Counted from the stretch's first letter, positions 10,664 to 21,046 are shown. The stretch is 64,000 nt of DNA from an uncultured virus (IMG/VR IMGVR_UViG_3300048503_000010) (IMGVR_UViG_3300048503_000010:1-64000); one strand, 5' to 3'. Notes: generated by a model not told the origin, from the sequence alone. Numbers and translations: made by a program.

Positions 10664-12775
10664 TTACTCTACCGTTGGTTCTTCACCACCAAGACCCCCC
10701 GTATCGGGAGTACCCTCGTTGGCCTCTCCTTTTGCACTATTCAAAACAGCGCCCACAATCAATCGCTCTTGTATTCTGCCCTGAATTGATTGCTCTTGAA
10801 GCTGCGCTTTCTGACTAGCATTCTGAGCACTAATAGCAGATTGTGTAGCTTGCTTACCCTGCTGTTGTGCTGCTTGTGATTTTTGTGCCTGCTTTGCTTT
10901 CATTGCCTGCGTCAATGGTTTCACAATATCATTGAAATTCTTCCACTCACTCGCTTCCATCCACATCTTAAGAATTTCTCTAAAGTCAATATACTCTTCA
11001 TTGATCTCCGCAAGATTCTGCTGAATGGTTGGGTTCTCAAAAATCTGAGTAATCAAGGTCATCGACTGACTCATAGTTCTCTTCGCTGCCAGCGATGCGC
11101 CCGCAAGAACCTCATACTCGATTACTGCATCGTGGAATTCCTGCATATCAAATTCGAAGTCCTTACCTTTCTCTACACCTAAAATCTGGAAGATTTCATC
11201 GTCAGAGAAAAATTCGAACACTAATTGATCAAGTCTGTACAACCACGGCTTAAAGACCTGCTCGATAAAATTGTCCAGAGGACCATCTAATCGAGTTGCA
11301 CTTGCACCTGCTTGCTGAGTTGCCCCAGTAGCTGTGCGCCCCATCGATGATCTTGGACCTGCTGTGGAACCTTGCACAAGTTGCGAGTCAGCACCGGAGC
11401 TACTTTCTGTGGCCTTCTCGGATTCAGACAGTGCCGACCACACATCTGAAGGAACCTTGGGCGCTTCTAACAGATGGTAAGCGTCTTTAGTCTCCCCGTC
11501 AACTGTCAGGATTTTACCCAACCCAGTACGTATCATCTGCGTAGGCGAGTTTGAATCCCTTTTGCGCAAATAAATTGGGTTTACACCAAATGACAGAATC
11601 TTCAGAATAGCATTAATGGTGCCCTGATCCACACGTTGATTTTGTCCAACAATCAGGCCCAGACCCATACCATAAAATGCTTTCGGACGATTCCACCAAT
11701 TTGCCGAAAAGAAAGGAAGGCAACTAAATGTATTTTTTTGAGAACACAGCTTGTGCTTACGATCAATAACAAGTATCTTTCTCTTCTTGTCCCAATACTC
11801 TAGCGTCTCCATCGACTTCATCAGCAAATCTGGAGAAGTTTGAATATTCATTTCCTCTGCATGGTGAACAATTCCCTCTACATATGTGGCTCGATCTGTA
11901 GCAGAGGCTTCTGATATTCCGGCATTCGTTGGCGGCATAAACCATGACCGCAACTCTGCCTCACTGGGAAGTGACCACCCCTCCTTATCAGGATGCTCAT
12001 CTGGAAGTGCTTCGATGCCCTTTACAAGATCGAGCAACTCATAATAGTTCATGTACCGGACATCTACAGCAAACTTTGCTCTACGAATGTCACCCACAGA
12101 ACAATGGGGGTCCACTAATACTTTGCTAATCTCTCTGCTCTCAAAAAACGGACGAGGAACCCATCTGCTCGTGGTTGTAATTTTTGGGGCATCTTTCGTG
12201 GGAACAATGCTCTGAAGCTCTACCGGTGAAGGGCCGGACGGAAGCTTGCTCACAGTGGAAATTCTGGTTTTAGTAATAATTTCTTTGTATTCTATACCCC
12301 ACTTCCAAATACCTGTCCCTAAGTGCGCCATTTGCTCCAGCCCATATTTTACCTCCATCTTAAATCCACAATCATCGAGCAATGCGGAAAATAGAGCCGT
12401 TTTTGCATCAACAACGTTCTGAGACGTACCTGGGTGGGGACGTAGTACCATCGGTGGGTCTTGATAGAAAAGTCCTTTGTACAATTGGGGGACAATAGAA
12501 TTCATAACCTTTGCGACTGTAAACCGCTGCACGTTGGGTTCTAAAACATACGTGTTTTCGTAGACTGACATGGGACGAGGAGACTGGTAAAGCAAATCAG
12601 CATCACGCCATAAAAGAGAATACTGCTTGTCACTAATAAAACTTTCGGCTTTACTGGCAGCGCCGACAACAAGAGCAACCTCGGCATCAGATGTCCTAAG
12701 ATCACCCCCTACCCCATAGTCCATAGGAGTGAGTTCGCGTGTTTGATTTCCACCGTCAGGCTGTATTTCCGCCAT
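10664..12775 (-). CDS. Portal protein
   Basis: 703 aa; GTGIWK and FYGMGLG motifs; Gln-rich tail; follows terminase. Confidence 0.85.
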   Translation of the reverse strand: MAEIQPDGGNQTRELTPMDYGVGGDLRTSDAEVALVVGAASKAESFISDKQYSLLWRDADLLYQSPRPMSVYENTYVLEPNVQRFTVAKVMNSIVPQLYKGLFYQDPPMVLRPHPGTSQNVVDAKTALFSALLDDCGFKMEVKYGLEQMAHLGTGIWKWGIEYKEIITKTRISTVSKLPSGPSPVELQSIVPTKDAPKITTTSRWVPRPFFESREISKVLVDPHCSVGDIRRAKFAVDVRYMNYYELLDLVKGIEALPDEHPDKEGWSLPSEAELRSWFMPPTNAGISEASATDRATYVEGIVHHAEEMNIQTSPDLLMKSMETLEYWDKKRKILVIDRKHKLCSQKNTFSCLPFFSANWWNRPKAFYGMGLGLIVGQNQRVDQGTINAILKILSFGVNPIYLRKRDSNSPTQMIRTGLGKILTVDGETKDAYHLLEAPKVPSDVWSALSESEKATESSSGADSQLVQGSTAGPRSSMGRTATGATQQAGASATRLDGPLDNFIEQVFKPWLYRLDQLVFEFFSDDEIFQILGVEKGKDFEFDMQEFHDAVIEYEVLAGASLAAKRTMSQSMTLITQIFENPTIQQNLAEINEEYIDFREILKMWMEASEWKNFNDIVKPLTQAMKAKQAQKSQAAQQQGKQATQSAISAQNASQKAQLQEQSIQGRIQERLIVGAVLNSAKGEANEGTPDTGGLGGEEPTVE

Positions 12776-12777
12776 TT

Positions 12778-13374
12778 TTACTCCTCTCGCTTACGTTTTT
12801 CTATACAGGCTAATCTAGAAAGTCGAATTTTTGCTTTAGTCTCGTCTGAATGAACTTTTCCTTTCATTCCTACATGATTTGCAGATATTTTTGCTCTTGT
12901 TTCATCTGATTCTGCATGATTCATTTTCGAAGCAGACATTTTTTCCCTTGTTTCATCGGATGCTACCTTTCCTCTCCTAGAAGCAGACATTTTTGCTCTT
13001 GTTTCATCGGATGCTACCTTTCCTCTCCTAGAAGCAGACAGCTTTGCTCTTGTTTCATCTGATGTTGCATGATTCATTTTCGAAGCAGACATTTTTGCTC
13101 TTGCTTCAGCAGAACAAATCCAACCGCTTACTCCCCCTCCACCGTCCGTGTAATTTCTTAAACACCCAGTTCCTAAATCTTTACGACCGTAGTATGCAAT
13201 AAAAAATACTTCCGCAACAAGTGCATCCCGCTCACTCGGGTGATATTGTATTATCACTCGTTCCGCAGGGGGCGCTCCGCAACGGAATGCACGTTTGCCA
13301 CGCCCCTTTCCCACGTAGTACGGCGTGCCGTCCTCTCTTAACCAGAGATATGTATAAAAACCATTATCCATCAT
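12778..13374 (-). CDS. GIY-YIG homing endonuclease with NUMOD3 repeats
   Basis: FYTYLWLREDGTPYYVGKG; repeated SDETRAKMSAS. Confidence 0.85.
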   Translation of the reverse strand: MMDNGFYTYLWLREDGTPYYVGKGRGKRAFRCGAPPAERVIIQYHPSERDALVAEVFFIAYYGRKDLGTGCLRNYTDGGGGVSGWICSAEARAKMSASKMNHATSDETRAKLSASRRGKVASDETRAKMSASRRGKVASDETREKMSASKMNHAESDETRAKISANHVGMKGKVHSDETKAKIRLSRLACIEKRKREE

Positions 13375-13552
13375 TAGTGTTCCTTTCGCGTTTCTACCTT
13401 TCTGTAAATCCGTAGCAATAATTTTGCGTATTTGTCAAGAACGTAGACAGAAAAGATTTTTCCATATAAACGCTCTCCGGGAAGCTGTCTTTGATAGTCT
13501 TCCACAACTTTCTTTTTTAGTTCATTCAGAGTAGGGGTCACACAGCCTCCGG

Positions 13553-15580
13553 TCATCCCATCAAATCGCTAAAAGGGTCAGCATATTTTTCCTGCACCTG
13601 CTGTGCCGGGCTGTTCAGTAATGCATAGGCCGTTTTCGGGTCTTCGCTTCCGTTCTGATTGAGACTCGCATACTCCCCGGCGCAATAAATCATATCGTGC
13701 CGAGCCTTCGACTTCGCATCGGCTGCAAAATCGGAAGAAGCTATACTAATTTTTCTGTCCATGTCTGCATAGCCGCCAAACTGCTCGACTAGAAGAGAAA
13801 TGGCCGACACAATGTCGTCGTGCTTATCATCACTAGTCCCTGTGAACTGCTCCATCTCTGTGTAAATTTCTGCCAGTCCTTCACAGGAATTCAGAAAATA
13901 CAAACGTTCATCCCCTAGTAATCTGAGAACGGGTTTGGCTTTAAGCTGCTTCGAACGAAGTTTTGTACCATAGCCCAACGAGCAGAATTCGACAGGAATA
14001 GAAATTTTGAGTGCATCCATTTCTCGTCTGAGTTCTCGACCCATCCATTTGACCCCAACGGAGTCCTCAATGGCAATTCTCTTGGGCTTCCATTTATAAC
14101 CAACATTAGCAATTACCTTCGGTAAGTCATACTCGTTATACTTTCCCCTAACCATGTTAATAACGTAGAAGCGTCCACCAAAAATCAACGCAGTCATTGC
14201 AACTGTATAATCTGCCCAAGACTTGACGCTGTACGCGGTATCAACCGCTGTGACCACTATTCCCTGCTGCGGAAACTGATAATGAGGAATGGTACGCCGT
14301 ACTAGTAGCTCCCGAGGGAACTTAACATTATTGATTTTACGAGGATTATTTAAATACTTAATAGCAAAGTTGCCAGTGCCCTCATCTCTCTTCCACTCGC
14401 GCTCTAAGAATTCATAGTTCAGGCGTTCGGGAAACCAAAGAACATAATCGCTCTTGGTCATCTCATCGTCTACCTTTCCAGATTTCTTAGCCTCATCCGT
14501 AGGCCACCATGCAGACCGCAAATAAACCTTGACAAATACACTGCTATTAAAAATTCCACTATCAACTGAACCGTGGATATTATTCGTTAATCCCTCTTCT
14601 TCAGCAAACTTCTCTTCCTGTCTTACCGTAATTCCATACTGGTCGAACTCGTCATACCAAGTCCCAATTAAATCGAAGAATCCATAAGGATTCAACATAG
14701 CTTTGTTAATACTAATTTGATTATTAATGGTCCTAATTCGATCTTGATTTTGGCTGTTCTCGTTTGTTACCACATCATCCAACTTCAACACACCAAAGTG
14801 CATTCCAGATAAGGCTTGTTCAATAGACGCCGCTCTAATTGTTGGCTCTTTGTCATCTCCACCAGCCGGTGTCTGAAACTCAAACTGTGTTCCAGTATTA
14901 GGTGGAATGCAGTGCTCAGAGAAAAGAACCTGAAACATGCTATCGGACCATTCACCAGTTTTCTTATCCATTATTTGACGAGGCTGTAAAATTACATCGC
15001 CCTTATCGTCTTTCTGTCCACTCTCATCATGTGTAAAATGTTGCTTCGCTTCCCCAAGAAAATCTCCTGATAGTTTATAAACTCCCGTAAGAATAAGAAT
15101 TGTAATTGCTGGAAAACAAATGGTCCATTGTACGCAATCAGCAATGTCAATCGAACTTTTATATCCTCCACGTGGCACTAACAAAAGCCTTTCCTTTAGG
15201 TCTGAGTACTGATTAGCAAATGCTTCAAATGTTGAAAATGTTGGGTCTTTATGCACGAAGAAGTCATTACAAATCTCTTCGTGTGTTTGCAGTGTTGTCT
15301 GGTCATACTTCTCAAGTAAATGACATAAAAAATAAAGGTTAGTCTGGGCCGCAAATCTGTAAACAACAAGTTTACGAATATCTGATGCATCCAACTCACC
15401 ACTGGACTTTCCGAGTTTCTTGCTCCAAGAGTTAAGGACTATGTTTCTATTTTTCTCGTTCAATCGCCCAAAACTAGTTACTGCTCGTTTGGAAAACTCT
15501 TCATCGTCCATATCTCTGTATTGATAATGAGGGAGATGTCTGCACTCTTCATAAAGTTGTTCTAATTTACTGATCTGCAT
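13553..15580 (-). CDS. Terminase large subunit
   Basis: LVPRGGYKSS Walker A; GMHF..LKLDD Walker B; nuclease motifs VDTA, IED, HDDIVSA. Confidence 0.92.
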   Translation of the reverse strand: MQISKLEQLYEECRHLPHYQYRDMDDEEFSKRAVTSFGRLNEKNRNIVLNSWSKKLGKSSGELDASDIRKLVVYRFAAQTNLYFLCHLLEKYDQTTLQTHEEICNDFFVHKDPTFSTFEAFANQYSDLKERLLLVPRGGYKSSIDIADCVQWTICFPAITILILTGVYKLSGDFLGEAKQHFTHDESGQKDDKGDVILQPRQIMDKKTGEWSDSMFQVLFSEHCIPPNTGTQFEFQTPAGGDDKEPTIRAASIEQALSGMHFGVLKLDDVVTNENSQNQDRIRTINNQISINKAMLNPYGFFDLIGTWYDEFDQYGITVRQEEKFAEEEGLTNNIHGSVDSGIFNSSVFVKVYLRSAWWPTDEAKKSGKVDDEMTKSDYVLWFPERLNYEFLEREWKRDEGTGNFAIKYLNNPRKINNVKFPRELLVRRTIPHYQFPQQGIVVTAVDTAYSVKSWADYTVAMTALIFGGRFYVINMVRGKYNEYDLPKVIANVGYKWKPKRIAIEDSVGVKWMGRELRREMDALKISIPVEFCSLGYGTKLRSKQLKAKPVLRLLGDERLYFLNSCEGLAEIYTEMEQFTGTSDDKHDDIVSAISLLVEQFGGYADMDRKISIASSDFAADAKSKARHDMIYCAGEYASLNQNGSEDPKTAYALLNSPAQQVQEKYADPFSDLMG

Positions 15581-15598
15581 GACCCTCCCAGATATGCA

Positions 15599-16147
15599 TT
15601 ACTTTTTCTTCGGTTCCTTCTGTTCCTTCGGTCCCATCACCACACCGGCGAGTCCGGCCATGGTCTTTACGTGGTCATTCTTGCTTCCAAGCGCCGTTTC
15701 CACACTCTCTCTGGGAATTCCGTCACTCTCTTTAAGACCTAGCGCCCTGTGCAATCCACCATGGTTAAGGTGCATAAGTGCTCTATGGGTAGAAACCGTT
15801 CCTTCAGACTTATTTTCGCTGGCCGGAATAACTGCTTCACCTTTATGTAAGATCGCTGGTCCAGTTTTGGGAACGTATGCCGTGCCTGTTTTGTAGCTTG
15901 CTGGCTCAAAATGATGAGCCATTTGACTTTGACTTCCAGAGCTATCGGATGAAGCACCTTTACTGGCCCCGCTTAATGCCGCCCCAATTATACCAAGAGA
16001 ATCCTTTGCTACCGTTTTTCCTGTTGAAGCAGGTTTTGGAGATGCCGGTGCCGGTTTACTTGCTGCCTGTGTCGTCACTTGATTTCCGTTGTCTAAATTT
16101 TTATCACTGGGTGGTAACAGACTCATATAACTCCTTACTTCTTCCAA
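15599..16147 (-). CDS. Hypothetical two-module protein
   Basis: GTAYVPKTGPAILHKGEAV module followed by GGLHRALG module. Confidence 0.65.
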   Translation of the reverse strand: MEEVRSYMSLLPPSDKNLDNGNQVTTQAASKPAPASPKPASTGKTVAKDSLGIIGAALSGASKGASSDSSGSQSQMAHHFEPASYKTGTAYVPKTGPAILHKGEAVIPASENKSEGTVSTHRALMHLNHGGLHRALGLKESDGIPRESVETALGSKNDHVKTMAGLAGVVMGPKEQKEPKKK

Positions 16148-16335
16148 CTCTTCATTGTCTTTGCAAGGGAAGCCATTTTTCTGACATGCTCATTCTTGCT
16201 ATTTAAAGCAGTATCTAACCTTTCTTCGGGAATATCCTTATCTTCAGAAATCCCCAGTGCTCGATGCAATCCGCCCTTGTGTAAATGCATCACTACCCTA
16301 TGATTGGATAGTTCAACTTTTTCTTTTCCTGCCAT
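16135..16335 (-). CDS. Small GGLHRALG-motif protein
   Basis: 66 aa with RBS; similar to the C-terminal half of 15599..16147. Confidence 0.65.
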   Translation of the reverse strand: MAGKEKVELSNHRVVMHLHKGGLHRALGISEDKDIPEERLDTALNSKNEHVRKMASLAKTMKSWKK

Positions 16336-16344
16336 AATATCTCC

Positions 16345-17067
16345 TTACATTCCCATAGGAGATGCACCTGCTGGCGGTGCTCCTGCTGCTGGTGGAGGAG
16401 TTGCTGATGCTGCTTGTGGCGCTCCTGCACCTGCCCCTGCTGCACCGGCCCCTGCTGCGCCCGCGTCTCCGGGAATACCGCTTTGCCCCGCATCTGCCTC
16501 TGCTTCTCCGGGGTTAGGCTGTCCCATGTTCTGCAACATATGGTCTGCCATTGCATCTTGGTCCTTTGAGATGTGTTCCTCGTCTGGATGATGCTCTGGA
16601 TGTGTGTGGTGGTGAGTGTGAATATACCCACCGTTCTTTGCGTGGCGAGTATGAATGGATTCAACTTCTTTCTTGGGCTTCTCTTCTTTCTTTCCTGCCA
16701 TGGAAGAGGTAGCTTCCTTCATTACACTTTCTTTTGACATGTCATTTCCTTTTTCCTTACGATGTTCTTTAGCATCCTCTTTATTTAAAACAGCTTCACC
16801 TTTGTGTAATTTAGCTGGTCCAGTTTTAGGAACGTAATCTGTCCCGTCTTTGTAACTTGGTGTGTGAGCGGGGGGAGGGGCAGTTTTATTTACATAAGCT
16901 TTTGCTTTGTCAACAAGATTTTTCCCTGTATTAACTGCTTTCTCGGCTGTATCGGAAACTGTATCTAACGCTTTGGAAATATCAGGCACATGAAATGTAT
17001 CTGAAAGATTTCTCTCTACATTTGAAACTTGATCCTTTATGCTGTCTAATGCACTATCATTTGCCAT
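16345..17067 (-). CDS. Hypothetical protein with LHKGEAV module, His-rich and Ala/Pro/Gly-rich tail
   Basis: 240 aa ORF; module shared with 15599..16147. Confidence 0.65.
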   Translation of the reverse strand: MANDSALDSIKDQVSNVERNLSDTFHVPDISKALDTVSDTAEKAVNTGKNLVDKAKAYVNKTAPPPAHTPSYKDGTDYVPKTGPAKLHKGEAVLNKEDAKEHRKEKGNDMSKESVMKEATSSMAGKKEEKPKKEVESIHTRHAKNGGYIHTHHHTHPEHHPDEEHISKDQDAMADHMLQNMGQPNPGEAEADAGQSGIPGDAGAAGAGAAGAGAGAPQAASATPPPAAGAPPAGASPMGM

Positions 17068-17578
17068 CTGAAATCTCCAAACCGTCCAATTCTGACCAAT
17101 GTTCTCTAATAATCTGTCTTATGCCCATGTTTGGACTATACTTAGGATATATTGTATGATAAATAGTCTCGCTTCTACCAAAACTATAAGGCATATCTCC
17201 TACCGAACGCAAAAAGGCAAGCCCCGTTGAGGGGCCGCGCGAATGTCCTGCATTACAAGCAACCAAAACCTTTTTCCCTTCCTGTAGTTTCGCCTTGATG
17301 AAGTCTAGTGCGATCTTTATACATTCGAAGGGAACGAAGTTCGGATCAGTTGTGTCAATAAGATTTACTGCAAGATGATTTCCTTTTTGAACGGAGAGAT
17401 AATTTTTTCCTTTGGGTGCTCCCCGTGTAGTATATCCCAATGTTTGTTGGTGACCTCCGGGACCATACTTACACATTCTTGCTGCTGCCCAACCATCTCT
17501 GCCTTGAATTTTTAGATAATCGTTATCATCGCCTACCCAAACAGAGCCGGGATTTTTGTCTTTATAGATTTCTTCCAT
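17057..17578 (-). CDS. Dual-specificity/tyrosine phosphatase family protein
   Basis: VLVACNAGHSRG CX5R loop. Confidence 0.85.
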   Translation of the reverse strand: MEEIYKDKNPGSVWVGDDNDYLKIQGRDGWAAARMCKYGPGGHQQTLGYTTRGAPKGKNYLSVQKGNHLAVNLIDTTDPNFVPFECIKIALDFIKAKLQEGKKVLVACNAGHSRGPSTGLAFLRSVGDMPYSFGRSETIYHTIYPKYSPNMGIRQIIREHWSELDGLEISDGK

Positions 17579-17620
17579 TGGCTCCTCTCACATGCTCTGC
17601 CATTGGGCCGGAGAAACATC

Positions 17621-17932
17621 CTAGTTAGCCGGAAGTTCTATCACCGGTAATGGAAATTCTCCCGAATGCCCGTGGCGATCTTCTTGGTAATGTAAGTAAG
17701 TCTCAATAATTCCAATCCTCTGCCCAAAAAGAAATAGCTCATTATTTTCTTTAGCATAGGTTTGAGACATTTCTTGTTGCTTGGCTTCAATATCTGCCAA
17801 GCGTTTATCAATCGCTGTGTTCTGCGCGCTTAACCACCAAGTCATACTAAGTAACCCAAAAAGAAGAGGAGTAACAACTTTGACCCACTCTGGAATACTC
17901 TGCTGCCATTTATTTTTAAGTTGCTCTACCAT
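17621..17932 (-). CDS. Single-TM coiled-coil protein, possibly lysis-related
   Basis: Hydrophobic segment followed by coiled coil. Confidence 0.45.
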   Translation of the reverse strand: MVEQLKNKWQQSIPEWVKVVTPLLFGLLSMTWWLSAQNTAIDKRLADIEAKQQEMSQTYAKENNELFLFGQRIGIIETYLHYQEDRHGHSGEFPLPVIELPAN

Positions 17933-18188
17933 AGTTTCCCCTGTGTTTTTTTTTAAACTACAAAAGAGTAACCTTCTTTAACTCTTTCTTTTCCTTTGCT
18001 TGTTGCTGACAAAGTTCAATGAAGTTTCGTATAACTACATTAGCAAAATCTCTTGCAAAATATGCGGCTTCGGGAGGCAGCGGAATAGCTACCCCCCGGA
18101 AGTCCCACACGCTTTGAAATTTCTGCGCTTCAACTATGTCTACTTCAAAAGATGCTCCCATATTTCCTCCGAATTAATCAGGAACATC

Positions 18189-18638
18189 TTATGCCGACTG
18201 GGTAACTGTTACTGTGTATGCTTGAGCAACAGGAGTAAGAGCCACGGTAACAGAACCGCTATAAGTTATACCGTCTGGACCTACAGTTGAGGCTGTAATA
18301 GTCACGCTAGTCCCAAGATCACCGGCTGGAACCAATGCTACTACAGTAGTTGTATCCGTGCTTTCAGTAAAGGTTACGGTCGCATCAGACGATGACCATG
18401 CGAAAGTTGATGTAGTAGGCAGAGCAATAGGCGATCCGTTATCGTTAAGAACTGCTACAAAAGTGCCGGTAGTACCGGCTGAAATATTTCCAAGTGCCAT
18501 TTGAGTCTCCTGATAAATACTAACTGTAAAACTGTGATGCGCTAATAGCCAACTAATTCTATGGCTAACTTGCTGGAGTAATATGTTGTTTGCTTCTAAC
18601 AAACTTTCTATGCGATCTATTGTTCTAAAAATTCGCAC
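18189..18638 (-). CDS. Ig-like domain protein
   Basis: Thr-rich beta protein with FAWSSSD and VTITAS; internal ATG near 18500. Confidence 0.55.
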   Translation of the reverse strand: MRIFRTIDRIESLLEANNILLQQVSHRISWLLAHHSFTVSIYQETQMALGNISAGTTGTFVAVLNDNGSPIALPTTSTFAWSSSDATVTFTESTDTTTVVALVPAGDLGTSVTITASTVGPDGITYSGSVTVALTPVAQAYTVTVTQSA

Positions 18639-19120
18639 TATTCCCCTCCCACAAGGCCCGATGCAATATCTGCTAATATCTGCTGCACACGTTGATTGGT
18701 TTCTTCAGAGGCAATAAGAATAGCTTCATCTGCGGGAACCTTAACTTTTATTCTCTTTTTAAGGTGAGTTTCAATCCTTTTTAATTCGGCTACCCATGAT
18801 TTTACAATATCTGGGTGAACTAAAATCACCTTCTTTTTAGCCTGCTCGATTCGCTTTCTTAAATACCCGCGCCTTACTCTTAATCTTTCCTTGTCCCTGT
18901 TTTTAAACAACTCTTCGTAAGCTTCATAATATTTCTTCTGGCTTTCTAGAATTGTTGGTGTTGTACGTTTTACACGATGTAACAAACCTTCCTGTACATA
19001 CACATAGTTGATCGAGGCAATTATTCGACACGCTTCAAGAAGTTCAAGATTTGAAACTCTTGGGTTATCCAGAATCTTTGTCTTTAAGATGTTCTTTAAC
19101 TCTGTATTCTCAACACGCAT
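18638..19120 (-). CDS. Basic helical hypothetical protein
   Basis: 160 aa ORF; may extend upstream through an indel. Confidence 0.5.
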   Translation of the reverse strand: MRVENTELKNILKTKILDNPRVSNLELLEACRIIASINYVYVQEGLLHRVKRTTPTILESQKKYYEAYEELFKNRDKERLRVRRGYLRKRIEQAKKKVILVHPDIVKSWVAELKRIETHLKKRIKVKVPADEAILIASEETNQRVQQILADIASGLVGGE

Positions 19121-19281
19121 CTGGTCCCAAAACTTTTGATCTTCGGGATACTCTGGAATACTGGGGTCAGAAGATACATCCTCTTCAGATTCCTCTATAA
19201 TATGTCAATCTCTTCTTGTGTGTTCTTTAATAACACTGGATTTGGTTCTATCATTTACTCCCTCCAGAGTTAAGTGATTTC

Positions 19282-19704
19282 TTAAATGTAGACTATTTGA
19301 CACTCTAGTGCTGAATTTGGTGTCCAAAAATGAATACGTGTTCGCTTTTTGTTACTGACAGATACAATCCCTTGTATAGAATACGCCTCTCTTATGCAGA
19401 CGGCATAATCATCCTTCGACATCACTGCATCCCATGACGGGTGGCTGTGTATGTCTCCAACGATAGTCTGACCCATCTTACTGGCTTTAATTTTTGCTGC
19501 ATTTAAATCTGACAAGTACCAACTGACACTCCCACGAGTCTGTACACCATACTCTGTGGTATAAACAATTTTGGTAACGTCGATTTCATTTACAGACACA
19601 ATCTTTCCAATCATGTACGCTTGGATTTCTAGAGGAAAGGCCGCTCTCGCTTTTTTCCTAAAGTGATCCAATGCTCCCCGCTTTATCTTCACTCTAGAAA
19701 ACAT
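19282..19704 (-). CDS. JAB/MPN (Mov34) metallo-isopeptidase
   Basis: N-terminal E plus HSHPSWDAVMSKDD (HxH-x7-S-x2-D). Confidence 0.85.
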   Translation of the reverse strand: MFSRVKIKRGALDHFRKKARAAFPLEIQAYMIGKIVSVNEIDVTKIVYTTEYGVQTRGSVSWYLSDLNAAKIKASKMGQTIVGDIHSHPSWDAVMSKDDYAVCIREAYSIQGIVSVSNKKRTRIHFWTPNSALECQIVYI

Positions 19705-19835
19705 CTGGCCCTTTTGCGTCCATGTTATACCGTGTTAAGGGGGAAGAACATTTATCCTTCCCCCACAAAAATCGGGAGTTTTCCTCCCGTGGCCGCAATT
19801 TTTAAGCATGTTAAGATGCAGCGGTCCTGTTTAAA

Positions 19836-20027
19836 CTAGTTTAAAAACAAATGAGGAAGCAAAAACGGATGTCCCAAAACAGTTAGCAGCAACAAAGCAG
19901 CTAAACCAAGAAAAAACATAATCCTTCCAACATCTGTAACCCTTGCTACCCTTGGATTAATAGGGGTTGGCACTGGAGTTAGCAAATACACCAACAGACC
20001 CACAAGACAAATAATTATTGAAAACAT
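19836..20027 (-). CDS. Small two-TM membrane protein
   Basis: 63 aa, two hydrophobic helices, AGGAG RBS. Confidence 0.6.
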   Translation of the reverse strand: MFSIIICLVGLLVYLLTPVPTPINPRVARVTDVGRIMFFLGLAALLLLTVLGHPFLLPHLFLN

Positions 20028-20635
20028 TTATTCTCCTATTACTTAGTTACTGGAGCATTAATTGAGTGATTCGCCCGGCTAACACGTTCGTCCGGCGCAC
20101 CAATCACTTATGAAACATGTGCAACTTTTGGATACTGGCTTTCCACTTTAGCAGAAACTACTGGTGTTTCCTTGTACTCTGCTACTTTTTGTGAAGATTT
20201 TACAGCATACGGCGACTGTGAAGGAAAATTATTCTTTGCCCTCTCTTTAGAAATTAGCTCTTCAGTCGCGGGTGCACTGACTACTGGAACTACTGGTGAG
20301 ACTACTGGTGAGACTACTGGAATAGCAACATTTGTCATTTGTTTCTCCTTATTACTCTTTACTTGTCTGACTTGTTACAAAACTATTAGGGACAATTGCA
20401 TCTACAACGTGGTCAGAAGGGAAAGAGTTCTCTTGGGCTTTCGCTTGATCCTTGATAGCCTGCCTCATTTCGGCAGCAGCTACGTCTCGATCTGTGCCAT
20501 TTAAGTTGTGATTACAAACTGTAGCATGTATCATATACTCGTCCTCTTCTTCCTAACGGTATGGTATACTTCCCATTGCCTCCGAACCCATTCCTGTGAG
20601 ACATGGGGGCAATCGTTGGTAGGGTTCATAACTCT

Positions 20636-20773
20636 TTAATTCACACGGGGATAGTGATGATGGTGATTGTAATGATGGTGGTGGGGATGTACAACAACCA
20701 CCACCTGTGCCTGCGATGCAACTGGAACTGCAAAACAGAAAATTAGAACAAGTCCTAGCAAAAATTTCTTCAT
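20636..20773 (-). CDS. Small secreted His-rich peptide (45 aa, not in the ORF track)
   Basis: MKKFLLGLVLIFCFAVPVASQAQVVVVVHPHHHHYNHHHHYPRVN: signal peptide plus poly-His. Confidence 0.65.
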   Translation of the reverse strand: MKKFLLGLVLIFCFAVPVASQAQVVVVVHPHHHHYNHHHHYPRVN

Positions 20774-20790
20774 ATTGTCTTCCATACTAC

Positions 20791-21046
20791 TGATACTCCG
20801 TACACCTAAAGGTGGGGATTTCAGACGTTACGCTTATGCGTAACTCTCGACGGCATATCCTGCCGCAGCTAATAGAGTGTTACGAGCCGCATTTATATCG
20901 CGGTCGTGCTTCGCTCCACACGAACACACCCATTGCCTTACCGACAGTCCTGCAAACCCTGTAGGTCCAGATAGGCTCCCACATTCGCTGCAAGTCCTGG
21001 TGGAATTCTTGGAAGCAACTTCGATAAACTCCGTCTCATCATAAAT
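20791..21046 (-). mobile_element. tnpB: IS200/IS605 remnant: TnpB C-terminal fragment (20834-21046) plus right end
   Basis: EVASKNSTRTCSECG...VRQWVCSCGAKHDRDINAARN, then AATCCCCACCTTTAGGTGTACGGAGTATCA; in-frame stop upstream. Confidence 0.85.
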
